The notes below the pieces were generated by a model. It searched no databases and was not told where the DNA came from. It saw only the letters and a list, made by a program, of their open reading frames with translations. A stretch of DNA of 64,000 nucleotides from Bacilli bacterium (lineage in GTDB: Bacteria; Bacillota_I; Bacilli_A; ML615J-28; CAG-698): the NCBI GenBank assembly GCA_017962745.1, contig JAGCUR010000016.1:18757-82756 (forward strand), written 5' to 3'. Both the position numbers and the translations under genes were made by a program. Shown here in pieces: positions 18,177 to 27,471 of the stretch (its first letter is position 1; each line of letters begins with the position of its first letter).

Positions 18177-19511
18177 CTAAATGTGCGAAAAGCCTAATAC
18201 ATCTAATGCATTTTGGATGTAATCTATTTGCATAAATGTCTTCCAAATGATTTCACTACGATAATTTTCAATCATTAATACCGTAATACCTTTATCGATA
18301 CCGATAACGCTACTTGCAATCCATACATTTCTACCATCAAAATTGAAAGCATCTTTAAAGCCATAATCGCCAACTAAATCACCATCTAATAGCGTAGCAT
18401 AGTTTCTAAAGACTGGCATAACGAGATCTGGTGCAAATGGTAGTGATCCAATCGCGCCGCAACAAGCGATAGTGCCATCATTAGTAAACTTCTTTTCGTT
18501 ACCATTGCCGCTAGGATAAGCGCCAATTAAGCCGCTATAGCCGCTTGGTGTATCGCAAGCAGTTGTTCCCCACTGGTCTTTCGCAAATGTATTAAAACCT
18601 TGCGGGTTAGCTACACAATATTTGTAATTAGCGATTGTAGCGCTAACGGAATTATCAAACCAGTTAGTGCCATTTTCATCTACGATATCTCTAAAATCGA
18701 TGAAAGCATGCGAGAATTGGTATGTAAATAATGATCCAAACCAAGAATTAATTAATGTTTCCCCTTGATAAGTGCCTCTATTTCGCCTAAATGCATAATA
18801 AACTTTTTTATCGATTGGATGCGTAGGTGAGCCTGCTCCTAAGAAATACATCATAAGTTGTTCTGCATATACATCCCAGGCACCGCCAAAATTACCATCT
18901 TTATATGACATATAGAAATTGTTAGTTTTCGGATTAACAAACCAGTTCCAATCTACTTCTTCATATAACTGTCTTGCTAATCTTTCTACTTCATCGCCAA
19001 AATATTTACCAGCTACTAGCGCTCCGCAGTAAAAGATTGCGGAATCGATATTAGATACTTCTGATCCACTAGCAACACTTCCCATTTTTTCTTGGTAGAA
19101 ATGATAAAAGAATCCATGTTCTTTTGGAAGATCGGCTACATGCGTTAATGTCAATAAGCATCTATCATAACCTTCTTGTCTTGTAATATAGCCATTATTA
19201 ACGCCAACTACAAAACTTGCAAGGCCAAAACCGACTGATGCGATTGATGCTAACCCATTTGATGGATAGCGGTCTGGAATTAGACCGCATCCACCAAGTA
19301 ATTCGTTAGTATTTTGCGTTTCCCAGAAGAAATAAAAACTATCTTCTTCCTCAGCTAGCATGTATTCGTTTTTTAAATATGTTTCGCGTTTGCCTGAAGG
19401 GGTTCCTGACCCGCCTTGTTGGCCACCTCCGCCTTCGCCCCCGCAACACGGTAAAACAAATAAAGCTAGTAATAATAATATTAGTAAGAATTTTTTAAGG
19501 AGATTTTTCAT
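18177..19511 (-). CDS. GH144-family (glucoamylase-domain) putative endo-beta-1,2-glucanase, lipoprotein
   Basis: Signal peptide with PCCGG lipobox; GLIPDR, SIASVGFGL, HGFFYHF, EVSNIDSA, YAEQLMMY, SLFTYQFSH, YGFKDAFN, GIDKG. Confidence 0.85.
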   Translation of the reverse strand: MKNLLKKFLLILLLLALFVLPCCGGEGGGGQQGGSGTPSGKRETYLKNEYMLAEEEDSFYFFWETQNTNELLGGCGLIPDRYPSNGLASIASVGFGLASFVVGVNNGYITRQEGYDRCLLTLTHVADLPKEHGFFYHFYQEKMGSVASGSEVSNIDSAIFYCGALVAGKYFGDEVERLARQLYEEVDWNWFVNPKTNNFYMSYKDGNFGGAWDVYAEQLMMYFLGAGSPTHPIDKKVYYAFRRNRGTYQGETLINSWFGSLFTYQFSHAFIDFRDIVDENGTNWFDNSVSATIANYKYCVANPQGFNTFAKDQWGTTACDTPSGYSGLIGAYPSGNGNEKKFTNDGTIACCGAIGSLPFAPDLVMPVFRNYATLLDGDLVGDYGFKDAFNFDGRNVWIASSVIGIDKGITVLMIENYRSEIIWKTFMQIDYIQNALDVLGFSHI

Positions 19512-21421
19512 TACATACCACCAAGTCCTGTCTTATCGATACCTTGAACGAACCATTTTTGTAATACGAAGTATAAAAGTAGTAATGGTAAAATACTGAT
19601 CAAAGTACCTGCCATATAAACGGCATCATTTAATTTATCGGTATAACTACTGCTTTGTCCCGCGGACGCATATACTGATCTATACGATTCCGCAAACCTC
19701 GATAGCTGCATTGGTAGCGTCGATGAGTTAGCAATGTATAGTGATGTTAAATATGTTTCATTCCAATACCATACAAAACTAAAGATAAACGCTACGATGA
19801 AGATGGTAGATGAAAGTGGAATCGCTACTCTAAAGAATATTTTAAAGCGACCAGCACCATCTAGCATCGCTGCTTCATCTAATTCTACCGGTAACATAAT
19901 AAAGAATTCGTAGAACAATAAGATAAATATGGCATTCTTTAAACCTTGCGCAAAGGTTGCTGGCAATGCAAATGTTAAGATAGATCCAAGTAAGCCAAGC
20001 TTACTATAAGTAACATAGGTTGGAATCATTAAAATTTGCGATGGAATAATAAATGAAGCAATTATTAAACCAAATACTGCCTTTTTACCTTTGAATTTAA
20101 ACTTAGCTAGGCCGTAACCAACTAGGGATGTTGATGCCACTTGTAAAAGTGTTGGCACTAAAGCATATAGTACTGACTGGCCTAAAGCTTTAAAGAAACC
20201 AATTGTCTTAAAGGCCTTCACGAAGTTTTGGAAATATAACTTCGTTGGTATTAAATTAACTGATGGATTTAAAACATCATCAGGCGATTGTAAACTAATT
20301 AATAACATATAAATAAATGGATATAAGAAAGCGAAGCTCATTACACCAAGTAAAACATATGTAAATATCTTTACAATAATACCATCCGATAAGTTACGTC
20401 CTAAAACGATACGTTTAATCTTCTTTCCTTTTGGAGTTGAATTAAAGAAGTTAGGTTGCAAATCATATCTCTTAGTTGTTGTGAAGTATCCTTCAATTGA
20501 ACCATATTTCTTCTCTTTCTTTCTAAATTTACCAAAGAAGATTAAGAATAATATGGCAATTATAATCGCTAAAGCAAGGAAGTATAACCAAGCTAAAGCT
20601 GATGAGAAACCAAATCCTTTACCAATTTGCGTATCAAACATACAATTCTTGATAACATTGATAACGCCATTGTTATCAAATGTTGCTAGCAAGATAAATG
20701 TATATACTAAATTGATAAAAATCGCTGTCTTTAGTGAAGGTAGGGTTATTTTCCAGAATTGTTCCCAGACACTTGCCCCATCCATTTGACTAGCTTCGTA
20801 CATGCTCTTATCTAGTTTTTGAAGCACTGTTAAATAAACGATTAACTGTACGCCACTAAACCAGAACATATAAACTAAGTTTTGGAATGTCCTAACGATA
20901 AAGTTAGATACGGTAGCTCCTAGGGTAGTTCCGATTAAGTTAACAATACCAAAATCACCAATAGTACTCATTACAATAACGTTTTTATCTACTAGTTCGC
21001 TCATTACCGGTCCTGATACGATAACTACTGGTAAGAAGAATATCGTTCTAAAGAATCCTCTTCCTTTAATATTACCGTTTAGGATAACCGCAAATAATAC
21101 CGCGAAGACGTTAATAATAAATACCATTATTAAGCTTTCTTTTAAGAAACTTAGTAATGCTTGAATCATCGTACGATCGGTAGTAAAAGCTGTTTGGTAA
21201 TTACCAACGCCAATCCAATCAGTTAAAATACCATCAGCACTAATTGTTACTTTATTAAAGCTTAAGAATAATGAATAAATCATCGGAAAGGCACCGAATA
21301 CCAAAAAACCAATTATCCAAGGACTAACGAATGCTAAACCAGCTAAGTTATCACGCTGAGCATTGTTTAGTCTTTTCTTTTGTTTCATTGGGGCATTAGA
21401 TAATACTTTTGTTTCTTCCAT
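19511..21421 (-). CDS. Fused carbohydrate ABC permease (MalF-like + MalG-like)
   Basis: Two EAA motifs (MYEASQMDGAS and ELDEAAMLDGAG) in one 636-aa ORF; junction near 20500. Confidence 0.9.
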   Translation of the reverse strand: MEETKVLSNAPMKQKKRLNNAQRDNLAGLAFVSPWIIGFLVFGAFPMIYSLFLSFNKVTISADGILTDWIGVGNYQTAFTTDRTMIQALLSFLKESLIMVFIINVFAVLFAVILNGNIKGRGFFRTIFFLPVVIVSGPVMSELVDKNVIVMSTIGDFGIVNLIGTTLGATVSNFIVRTFQNLVYMFWFSGVQLIVYLTVLQKLDKSMYEASQMDGASVWEQFWKITLPSLKTAIFINLVYTFILLATFDNNGVINVIKNCMFDTQIGKGFGFSSALAWLYFLALAIIIAILFLIFFGKFRKKEKKYGSIEGYFTTTKRYDLQPNFFNSTPKGKKIKRIVLGRNLSDGIIVKIFTYVLLGVMSFAFLYPFIYMLLISLQSPDDVLNPSVNLIPTKLYFQNFVKAFKTIGFFKALGQSVLYALVPTLLQVASTSLVGYGLAKFKFKGKKAVFGLIIASFIIPSQILMIPTYVTYSKLGLLGSILTFALPATFAQGLKNAIFILLFYEFFIMLPVELDEAAMLDGAGRFKIFFRVAIPLSSTIFIVAFIFSFVWYWNETYLTSLYIANSSTLPMQLSRFAESYRSVYASAGQSSSYTDKLNDAVYMAGTLISILPLLLLYFVLQKWFVQGIDKTGLGGM

Positions 21422-23578
21422 CTATGCCACCTTATAACTTCTAGCATTCACTAAAAGCCCTTCATAATTATATTCATTATTAGTATAGTTAACGATTATG
21501 CGCTTACCATTGCTATAATCAACTACGCTTATTCCTTCACTTGGAATAATACGATTAACAATAGTTGCCCCGCTCACTTGATTAAGTACACTACTAATCA
21601 TTACATATTGTTCTTTGATCATATCAGCTACAGAATCATAATATGTAGCATAATAATCACTAGATAAAGTATTTGATAATAAGTAACTTGGTTGCTTACT
21701 AATTAAATATGCTGGACTTACACCATATTCAATACACTTCAAAACATCTAAATCGATGTTTGAAGAAAAGTTTAGATAAGGTGAATAATAATCAATATAT
21801 CCTTTAAGTAAGATTTCTAAGAACGGAACGGAATCCGTTACAAATCTTGTTCTTTCCGAATATAGTGGCATATTTAAATATTTTGATGTATTAGCTAAGA
21901 AATAATAATTAGGTTTATACATTGGTAGTTTATCTTCCCCTAACAGGCCAGAATATGTTGCTAACATTTCACTTCTTGTTAATTTATTATTCTTATCACC
22001 ATATAAACGGTATCCAATTCCATCTAAAGCAATCCTACCATCATATTTATCAACTGCTTTTAAAGTATATTTCACTACATCTTTCGCATTAGCATAAAAC
22101 TTATATTTATTGGCTTCCACCGCAATATAATTCTTTTCATTATATAAGTTAACTAATACTTTATTTGGATAACTCTTCTTTGAGTTATAACTTTCCACTG
22201 GATTATAGTAGAAATATGCTTCTAAATCTTTCAAATCATGCATTGAACCAAGTTTTCCATCAAACTTATAATTCTTAACGCTTTGGTTTGAATAACCTTT
22301 TTTATTAAATGCACGTAAAGTATAGAAAATATTATTAACTCCACCTTCTTCTAAATCTTCATTAATATGAATGATATCTTTAGTAGTAGTCATATTTTTA
22401 TACTTTTTAAAGATTAAACCTTTTTCATAATCACGGCCAAATGCTTCAATTTGGATATCTATTGGATTAGAATCGCTATTTCTTTGTAAAATACCATCTT
22501 CGATTAAAGTATTTCTATAAGCTTCTGCCATTCCTAGATAATTAGCTTTTTCATCAGATAAGAATGTATATTCAATTTCCATATCCACATCATAATTATT
22601 TTCCGGAATCATTAATATTTGATCAGATCCAGGGATTGATAAATAATAAATCTCACGCGTATTAAATGTAGTGTAGATGAAATTAAATCCTTGATCGATG
22701 TTAGCTGGACTATATGTAAGAGTGGTGAATGCTTCACCGCTTTTAATATTTACAAGCATCGCATTTTGATTTACACCATGACATAAGCCATAAATCGGTA
22801 AGCTCAATACTTCATTTTCCGTATTTTTAGAAATATTAGCATCAGTTCCATAAAACTTAGCAGAATATGTAGATGTGATTGGGGAAGTTGATGAATATCT
22901 AACTAGGGCGCCACTTCCTGATGGTAAAAATACATAACCAGGAATGTTATCTTTATAAACAGCTCCTAAATATGGAAACATCGTAATAGCAGTTAGTTTG
23001 TTTGCTCCCGTTTCACTAATTTCGCTAGCTTTAATTAAGACATCGATTGAATAATCATTTAGCGTTATTTCATAACTAAATCTAATATCTGCTTTATCTA
23101 ACAATACATTAACAGTTAGTTTATTACCACTAACAGAATCTGTAAGTTTTGCTGCAGTATCTGCCGCATATACATCTTTTACATTACCATCTTCATTACG
23201 GTATAAAACCTTAAAGGCAGATGTTAATCTTTTCTTTACTGCATTATTAAAGTTATAATCATCGATATTTAAAATATCGCTTGCCCATACGTAACTTGTA
23301 TCTTTATTTAAGATTCTAATAGCACCATTTGCTTTATTATAGAATAATTCTAGGTGGCTATTTTCTAATTTAGAATCAAAATCGCTTAAGTCTACTGCTC
23401 CTTGGTTATATGCAGTTTCATCATCCATATGGGTAAATAGAGATGAATCGATAAAGAATTCAGATGTATCTTGAAGCTCTTCTTCTTTAGCTTTTACTTT
23501 ATTATTATTTAGAGCAAGGAAGCATACTGTAACTAGTACAAATGAAAACAAAACGATGATTCTTAATTTTTTAATCAT
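21422..23578 (-). CDS. DUF5696-like secreted or membrane-anchored protein
   Basis: N-terminal signal/anchor; GYVFLPSGSGAL, LPIYG, YLGMAEAYR, VPFLEILLKGYIDY, YSNGKRIIVNYT motifs; sits between the Yip1 gene and permeases. Confidence 0.72.
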   Translation of the reverse strand: MIKKLRIIVLFSFVLVTVCFLALNNNKVKAKEEELQDTSEFFIDSSLFTHMDDETAYNQGAVDLSDFDSKLENSHLELFYNKANGAIRILNKDTSYVWASDILNIDDYNFNNAVKKRLTSAFKVLYRNEDGNVKDVYAADTAAKLTDSVSGNKLTVNVLLDKADIRFSYEITLNDYSIDVLIKASEISETGANKLTAITMFPYLGAVYKDNIPGYVFLPSGSGALVRYSSTSPITSTYSAKFYGTDANISKNTENEVLSLPIYGLCHGVNQNAMLVNIKSGEAFTTLTYSPANIDQGFNFIYTTFNTREIYYLSIPGSDQILMIPENNYDVDMEIEYTFLSDEKANYLGMAEAYRNTLIEDGILQRNSDSNPIDIQIEAFGRDYEKGLIFKKYKNMTTTKDIIHINEDLEEGGVNNIFYTLRAFNKKGYSNQSVKNYKFDGKLGSMHDLKDLEAYFYYNPVESYNSKKSYPNKVLVNLYNEKNYIAVEANKYKFYANAKDVVKYTLKAVDKYDGRIALDGIGYRLYGDKNNKLTRSEMLATYSGLLGEDKLPMYKPNYYFLANTSKYLNMPLYSERTRFVTDSVPFLEILLKGYIDYYSPYLNFSSNIDLDVLKCIEYGVSPAYLISKQPSYLLSNTLSSDYYATYYDSVADMIKEQYVMISSVLNQVSGATIVNRIIPSEGISVVDYSNGKRIIVNYTNNEYNYEGLLVNARSYKVA

Positions 23579-25617
23579 GTCCTGTACACTCCTTCCCTAA
23601 ATAGTCCGATGATGAATTGTACGAATTGCATAGTTAAGATATAGAATACTAAATATAAAAGTACCATAATCACTACTGCTACAAATGTAAGGATTACATT
23701 TAAGATAAATTCACCTAGCTTATAATTATGAATTTGGCTAATCATTATTATTAAGTTAACGAAAGACCAAGCCCATAACAATCCATTTAGTATTTGATAT
23801 AGATATCCTTCATTATAAGTTAGGAAGTTACTAATTAGATCAACTGGAATCTTAAATAAGATTATCGGTGCAAATGATACCATTGTACCAATAAAGATAT
23901 CTCTAAAGAATCCTTCACCACTTTGCAGTGTTGATACTAAATAGTTACCGATTACAAATAAGATAATTACTAGTCCCCATCTCAATAATTCAAAAGCAAA
24001 ATTCATATCTTTTACATTAGTAGATCTAAATAAGTAGCCTCTAATAAAGTAATCACCAAAGATGTTAATTAAAATAAATACAATGAATAATAACCAAGCG
24101 GTTCTCGTTCTAATCTTTAAACCAAACTTGATATCATAAAAGACATCTTTTGGCTTTCTAAAGATCTTAAGCAAATATTTTAATTCATTTATTAATTTAG
24201 AATTATTAATCTTTTCTTTAAACTTCGTTAAATCAATCTTTGTTAAGTGCCATAATCTTGAATATACGTGGAATATCTTTAATAAGATTAAGACAACTAG
24301 AACAATTATCATCCATACTAAGTTTTTATTAAACCAGTCATCTCTTAATTCCCAATATACTTCACTATAACCCGATTTATAATTAGCTAGTTTAAAGTAT
24401 TCAATTGCTTTATCATAATCTTCTAATCTTTGGGCAATTTTACCTAAGCCAATATAAGCACTTACAAAACTAGCACTTTGGCGTAATATTTCTTCATATG
24501 CGCTAGTTGCTGCTTCATAATCACCTTCATTATATGCAAGAATTGCTTTAGTGACTGTACTAGCAAATGATGTTTTACGGAAGACTTGAATGTTCTTTCC
24601 GCCACCATCTAATACCCAAATATTAAAGTTAGAATCAACAGCGATACCTTTTGCACTATCGAATTCACCGATCAAGCTCGATCCTGATTTTGTGGAACCA
24701 AAGGAGAAAAGTAGGCTTCCTTCGGGATCCATTACTTGGATAACCCCTTCGCTTGAAGCATCAACTGTATAAATAAAGCCATTATTATCAACCGTAATAT
24801 CTTTGTATGATGTAGAGAAGAATGATGCTTTGGCTAAAACATTAGTACCACTAATGTTATATTTTTTAAGACTCGTTCCTGTCTCACCATCAATTACAGT
24901 ATAGACGATATTCTTTTTATCGATCGCTAAGTTAGTTGTTGCTTTTGGTGCTAAAGATGCATAAGTTTCGCGGTCTTCTTTGGATAAGAATAAACGTTTA
25001 ATAAATAATGATGCAGTTAACTTTACATTATTTGGACCAAAATAGCCCATGAATTCACCATCGCTATTTAGTTGGATAATACCAGTTGAGTTACCTTCAC
25101 TCGTAATGAAAATATTACCGTTCTTATCTACCACTACTTTTGTTGGACGGTACTGGCTATCTTCCCCAAATAAAGCTTCTGTTGGACGGCCAAACTCGCG
25201 TAAAAGCGTACCCGCGTTATCAAATTTATAAACGCTCTTTTCATCAGCTACGAAAATATTGCCATCACTATCAGTACATACTCCTTGCGGACTAGAAAGG
25301 GTTCCTTCCCCAATCGTTGTAACATTAGCCGTAGCTATTTCGTAGCGGTATACTACTTTTGCTCCCTTATCCGCAATAAAGGCAATATCGTTATTATCGA
25401 TATAAATATCTTGCGGATTAGTTAGCCCAATATTAATTACATTAACACCTTCATATGCTAGTGGCGAAATTGCAAGTTCGCCATCTAGGCCAACCGCATA
25501 TGTATTATATGGGTTCGAATTGATTTCGCTTTTTGCGACTACTTTTAAGTTAAATGCTAATAGGCAAATGCAGAATACTACTAGTACCATTAGTATTCTA
25601 GTTATCATTTTCTTCAT
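23575..25617 (-). CDS. NHL-repeat / TPR / Yip1-domain membrane protein
   Basis: Signal peptide; NHL repeats (LTNPQDIYID, LSSPQGVCTDSDGNIFVAD, AKGIAVDSNFNIWVLD); TPR (AYIGLGKIAQRLEDYDKAIEYF); multi-TM Yip1-like C-terminus. Confidence 0.78.
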   Translation of the reverse strand: MKKMITRILMVLVVFCICLLAFNLKVVAKSEINSNPYNTYAVGLDGELAISPLAYEGVNVINIGLTNPQDIYIDNNDIAFIADKGAKVVYRYEIATANVTTIGEGTLSSPQGVCTDSDGNIFVADEKSVYKFDNAGTLLREFGRPTEALFGEDSQYRPTKVVVDKNGNIFITSEGNSTGIIQLNSDGEFMGYFGPNNVKLTASLFIKRLFLSKEDRETYASLAPKATTNLAIDKKNIVYTVIDGETGTSLKKYNISGTNVLAKASFFSTSYKDITVDNNGFIYTVDASSEGVIQVMDPEGSLLFSFGSTKSGSSLIGEFDSAKGIAVDSNFNIWVLDGGGKNIQVFRKTSFASTVTKAILAYNEGDYEAATSAYEEILRQSASFVSAYIGLGKIAQRLEDYDKAIEYFKLANYKSGYSEVYWELRDDWFNKNLVWMIIVLVVLILLKIFHVYSRLWHLTKIDLTKFKEKINNSKLINELKYLLKIFRKPKDVFYDIKFGLKIRTRTAWLLFIVFILINIFGDYFIRGYLFRSTNVKDMNFAFELLRWGLVIILFVIGNYLVSTLQSGEGFFRDIFIGTMVSFAPIILFKIPVDLISNFLTYNEGYLYQILNGLLWAWSFVNLIIMISQIHNYKLGEFILNVILTFVAVVIMVLLYLVFYILTMQFVQFIIGLFREGVYRT

Positions 25618-26489
25618 TATTTAATACCTGAATGAGACATAGTGTCCATAACCTTCGATTGTAAGAAGATAAAGATGACTAAATTTGGTACGAATATAAT
25701 CAACGCTGCAGCTGCACTTACACCAGCTCCACTAATACTATTAGAAGCATTAGTTAGAGTTGATAAGTAGTATGCAAATGTTTGAAATTCTTCTTGGTTA
25801 ACATATAAATTAGATGTTTCCGTATTATTCCATGCTGTCTGGAAGGCTAGAATTGCTACCGTTACTAAGGCTGGCTTAATTAATGGTAAGATTATCTTCG
25901 TATAAATGAAGAAATCACCAGCACCATCCATCTTAGCGGCTTCAATTAATTCATTTGGCACTTCATCAATAAATTGTTTTACTAAGAATAGTCCTACTGG
26001 AATAGCAAGTAATGGTAAGATGTGCGCCCATAAAGTATTAATAATACCAATCTTTGAGATAATTAAGAATCTTGGAATTATTACCGCACAGCTTACGAAC
26101 ATCATTGATAAAGTATTGATTTCGAATAATACTGATTTTAGTTTAAACTTCTTCTTTGATAAGATGTAACCAGCCATTGAAGATATCAAAACTGATAGGG
26201 CCGTTACCGCTAAAGTAACAATAATACTATTGATTAAATAACGATAAATCGGCAGGCCAGTTGAACCACTTCTTTGGAATAGATCCACGAAGTTACCAAA
26301 TGTCGGGTTACGTACAAAGAATTTTGGTGGGAATTCTAACAACTCATCTAATGGTTTAAAGGCTGATACAAACAAATAAATGATTGGTAAAGCCATAAAC
26401 GCAGCTAGTGGGACGATGATGATGTAGAACTTGATTTGATCTTTAGTAAAACGTTTAGGGTTGAACTTTGTTCCGGTATTATTTCTCAT
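25617..26489 (-). CDS. Carbohydrate ABC transporter permease (MalG-like)
   Basis: [27 protein letters not shown] motif, 6 TM helices. Confidence 0.92.
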   Translation of the reverse strand: MRNNTGTKFNPKRFTKDQIKFYIIIVPLAAFMALPIIYLFVSAFKPLDELLEFPPKFFVRNPTFGNFVDLFQRSGSTGLPIYRYLINSIIVTLAVTALSVLISSMAGYILSKKKFKLKSVLFEINTLSMMFVSCAVIIPRFLIISKIGIINTLWAHILPLLAIPVGLFLVKQFIDEVPNELIEAAKMDGAGDFFIYTKIILPLIKPALVTVAILAFQTAWNNTETSNLYVNQEEFQTFAYYLSTLTNASNSISGAGVSAAAALIIFVPNLVIFIFLQSKVMDTMSHSGIK

Positions 26490-27469
26490 CGTTTTTTACC
26501 CCCTTTCTTTTCACGAAAGACGCTAGTAAAAATACGATTGAAGATGTACACGATTATTAGTAAGATTACTGATAATGCGGCACTCATACCTAGTTCTTTT
26601 CTTAAAACGCCATAGTCATCGATGTGGTTAACAACAAGTTGGCCAGCATTTTGTGGAGTTGGGTTCGAACCAGATAGCTGAACACCAATGGCTCCGGAAC
26701 TAAATGCCCCTACAATTGCCATAACGGCACCGAATAACATTTGTGATTTCATATTTGGAATCGTAATATAGAATATTTCTTGAACACGGTTTCTAACTCC
26801 ATCAATGGCAGCTGCTTCGTATTGTTCTTGATCTACATTAAGTAAACCAGATAACATGGCAAGGAATCCTATACCCATACTACTCCATAAAGTTACCATC
26901 ATCATAACTGGCATTAAGTATTCAGGTGACTGTAACCACTGAACTGGTTCAGTTATAATACTCATGTTTAATAATATTGAGTTTAAGTAACCTTGTTCAT
27001 CACCACTAAAGATAATCTTCCATAGAACTGTCATAGCGACACCTGATGTCATTGATGGTGAATAAATAATTAAAGCTAATACAGTTCTAGCACCTTTTTG
27101 GATTTGTGATAAAATCCAAGCTAAAATAAATGAAAGTACATATCCACCAGGACCAACTACTAAAGCAAATACCAATGTATTTGGTAAAATTGTCTTCATG
27201 AAGTCAGAATCTTGCGTGAATAAATATACATAGTTATCTAGCCCTACAAATTCTGGTTTTGAAATACCATTATAATATGTAAAGCTAAAGATAATCGCTA
27301 CGATTATTGGTAGCACAATAAATACGATAAACATTAAAACATATGGGAATAAGAAAATAATACTAGTTCGATTGCCTTTATCCATCCATTGGCTAATCTT
27401 ATCACCCATATTCTGGAAGAACTTTTTAACTTTCTTAAGGAAAGGTTGCTTTTCTACACTATTTTCCAT
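26486..27469 (-). CDS. Carbohydrate ABC transporter permease (MalF-like)
   Basis: [20 protein letters not shown] motif; probable start ATG 27469. Confidence 0.92.
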   Translation of the reverse strand: MENSVEKQPFLKKVKKFFQNMGDKISQWMDKGNRTSIIFLFPYVLMFIVFIVLPIIVAIIFSFTYYNGISKPEFVGLDNYVYLFTQDSDFMKTILPNTLVFALVVGPGGYVLSFILAWILSQIQKGARTVLALIIYSPSMTSGVAMTVLWKIIFSGDEQGYLNSILLNMSIITEPVQWLQSPEYLMPVMMMVTLWSSMGIGFLAMLSGLLNVDQEQYEAAAIDGVRNRVQEIFYITIPNMKSQMLFGAVMAIVGAFSSGAIGVQLSGSNPTPQNAGQLVVNHIDDYGVLRKELGMSAALSVILLIIVYIFNRIFTSVFREKKGGKKR

Positions 27470-27471
27470 AA

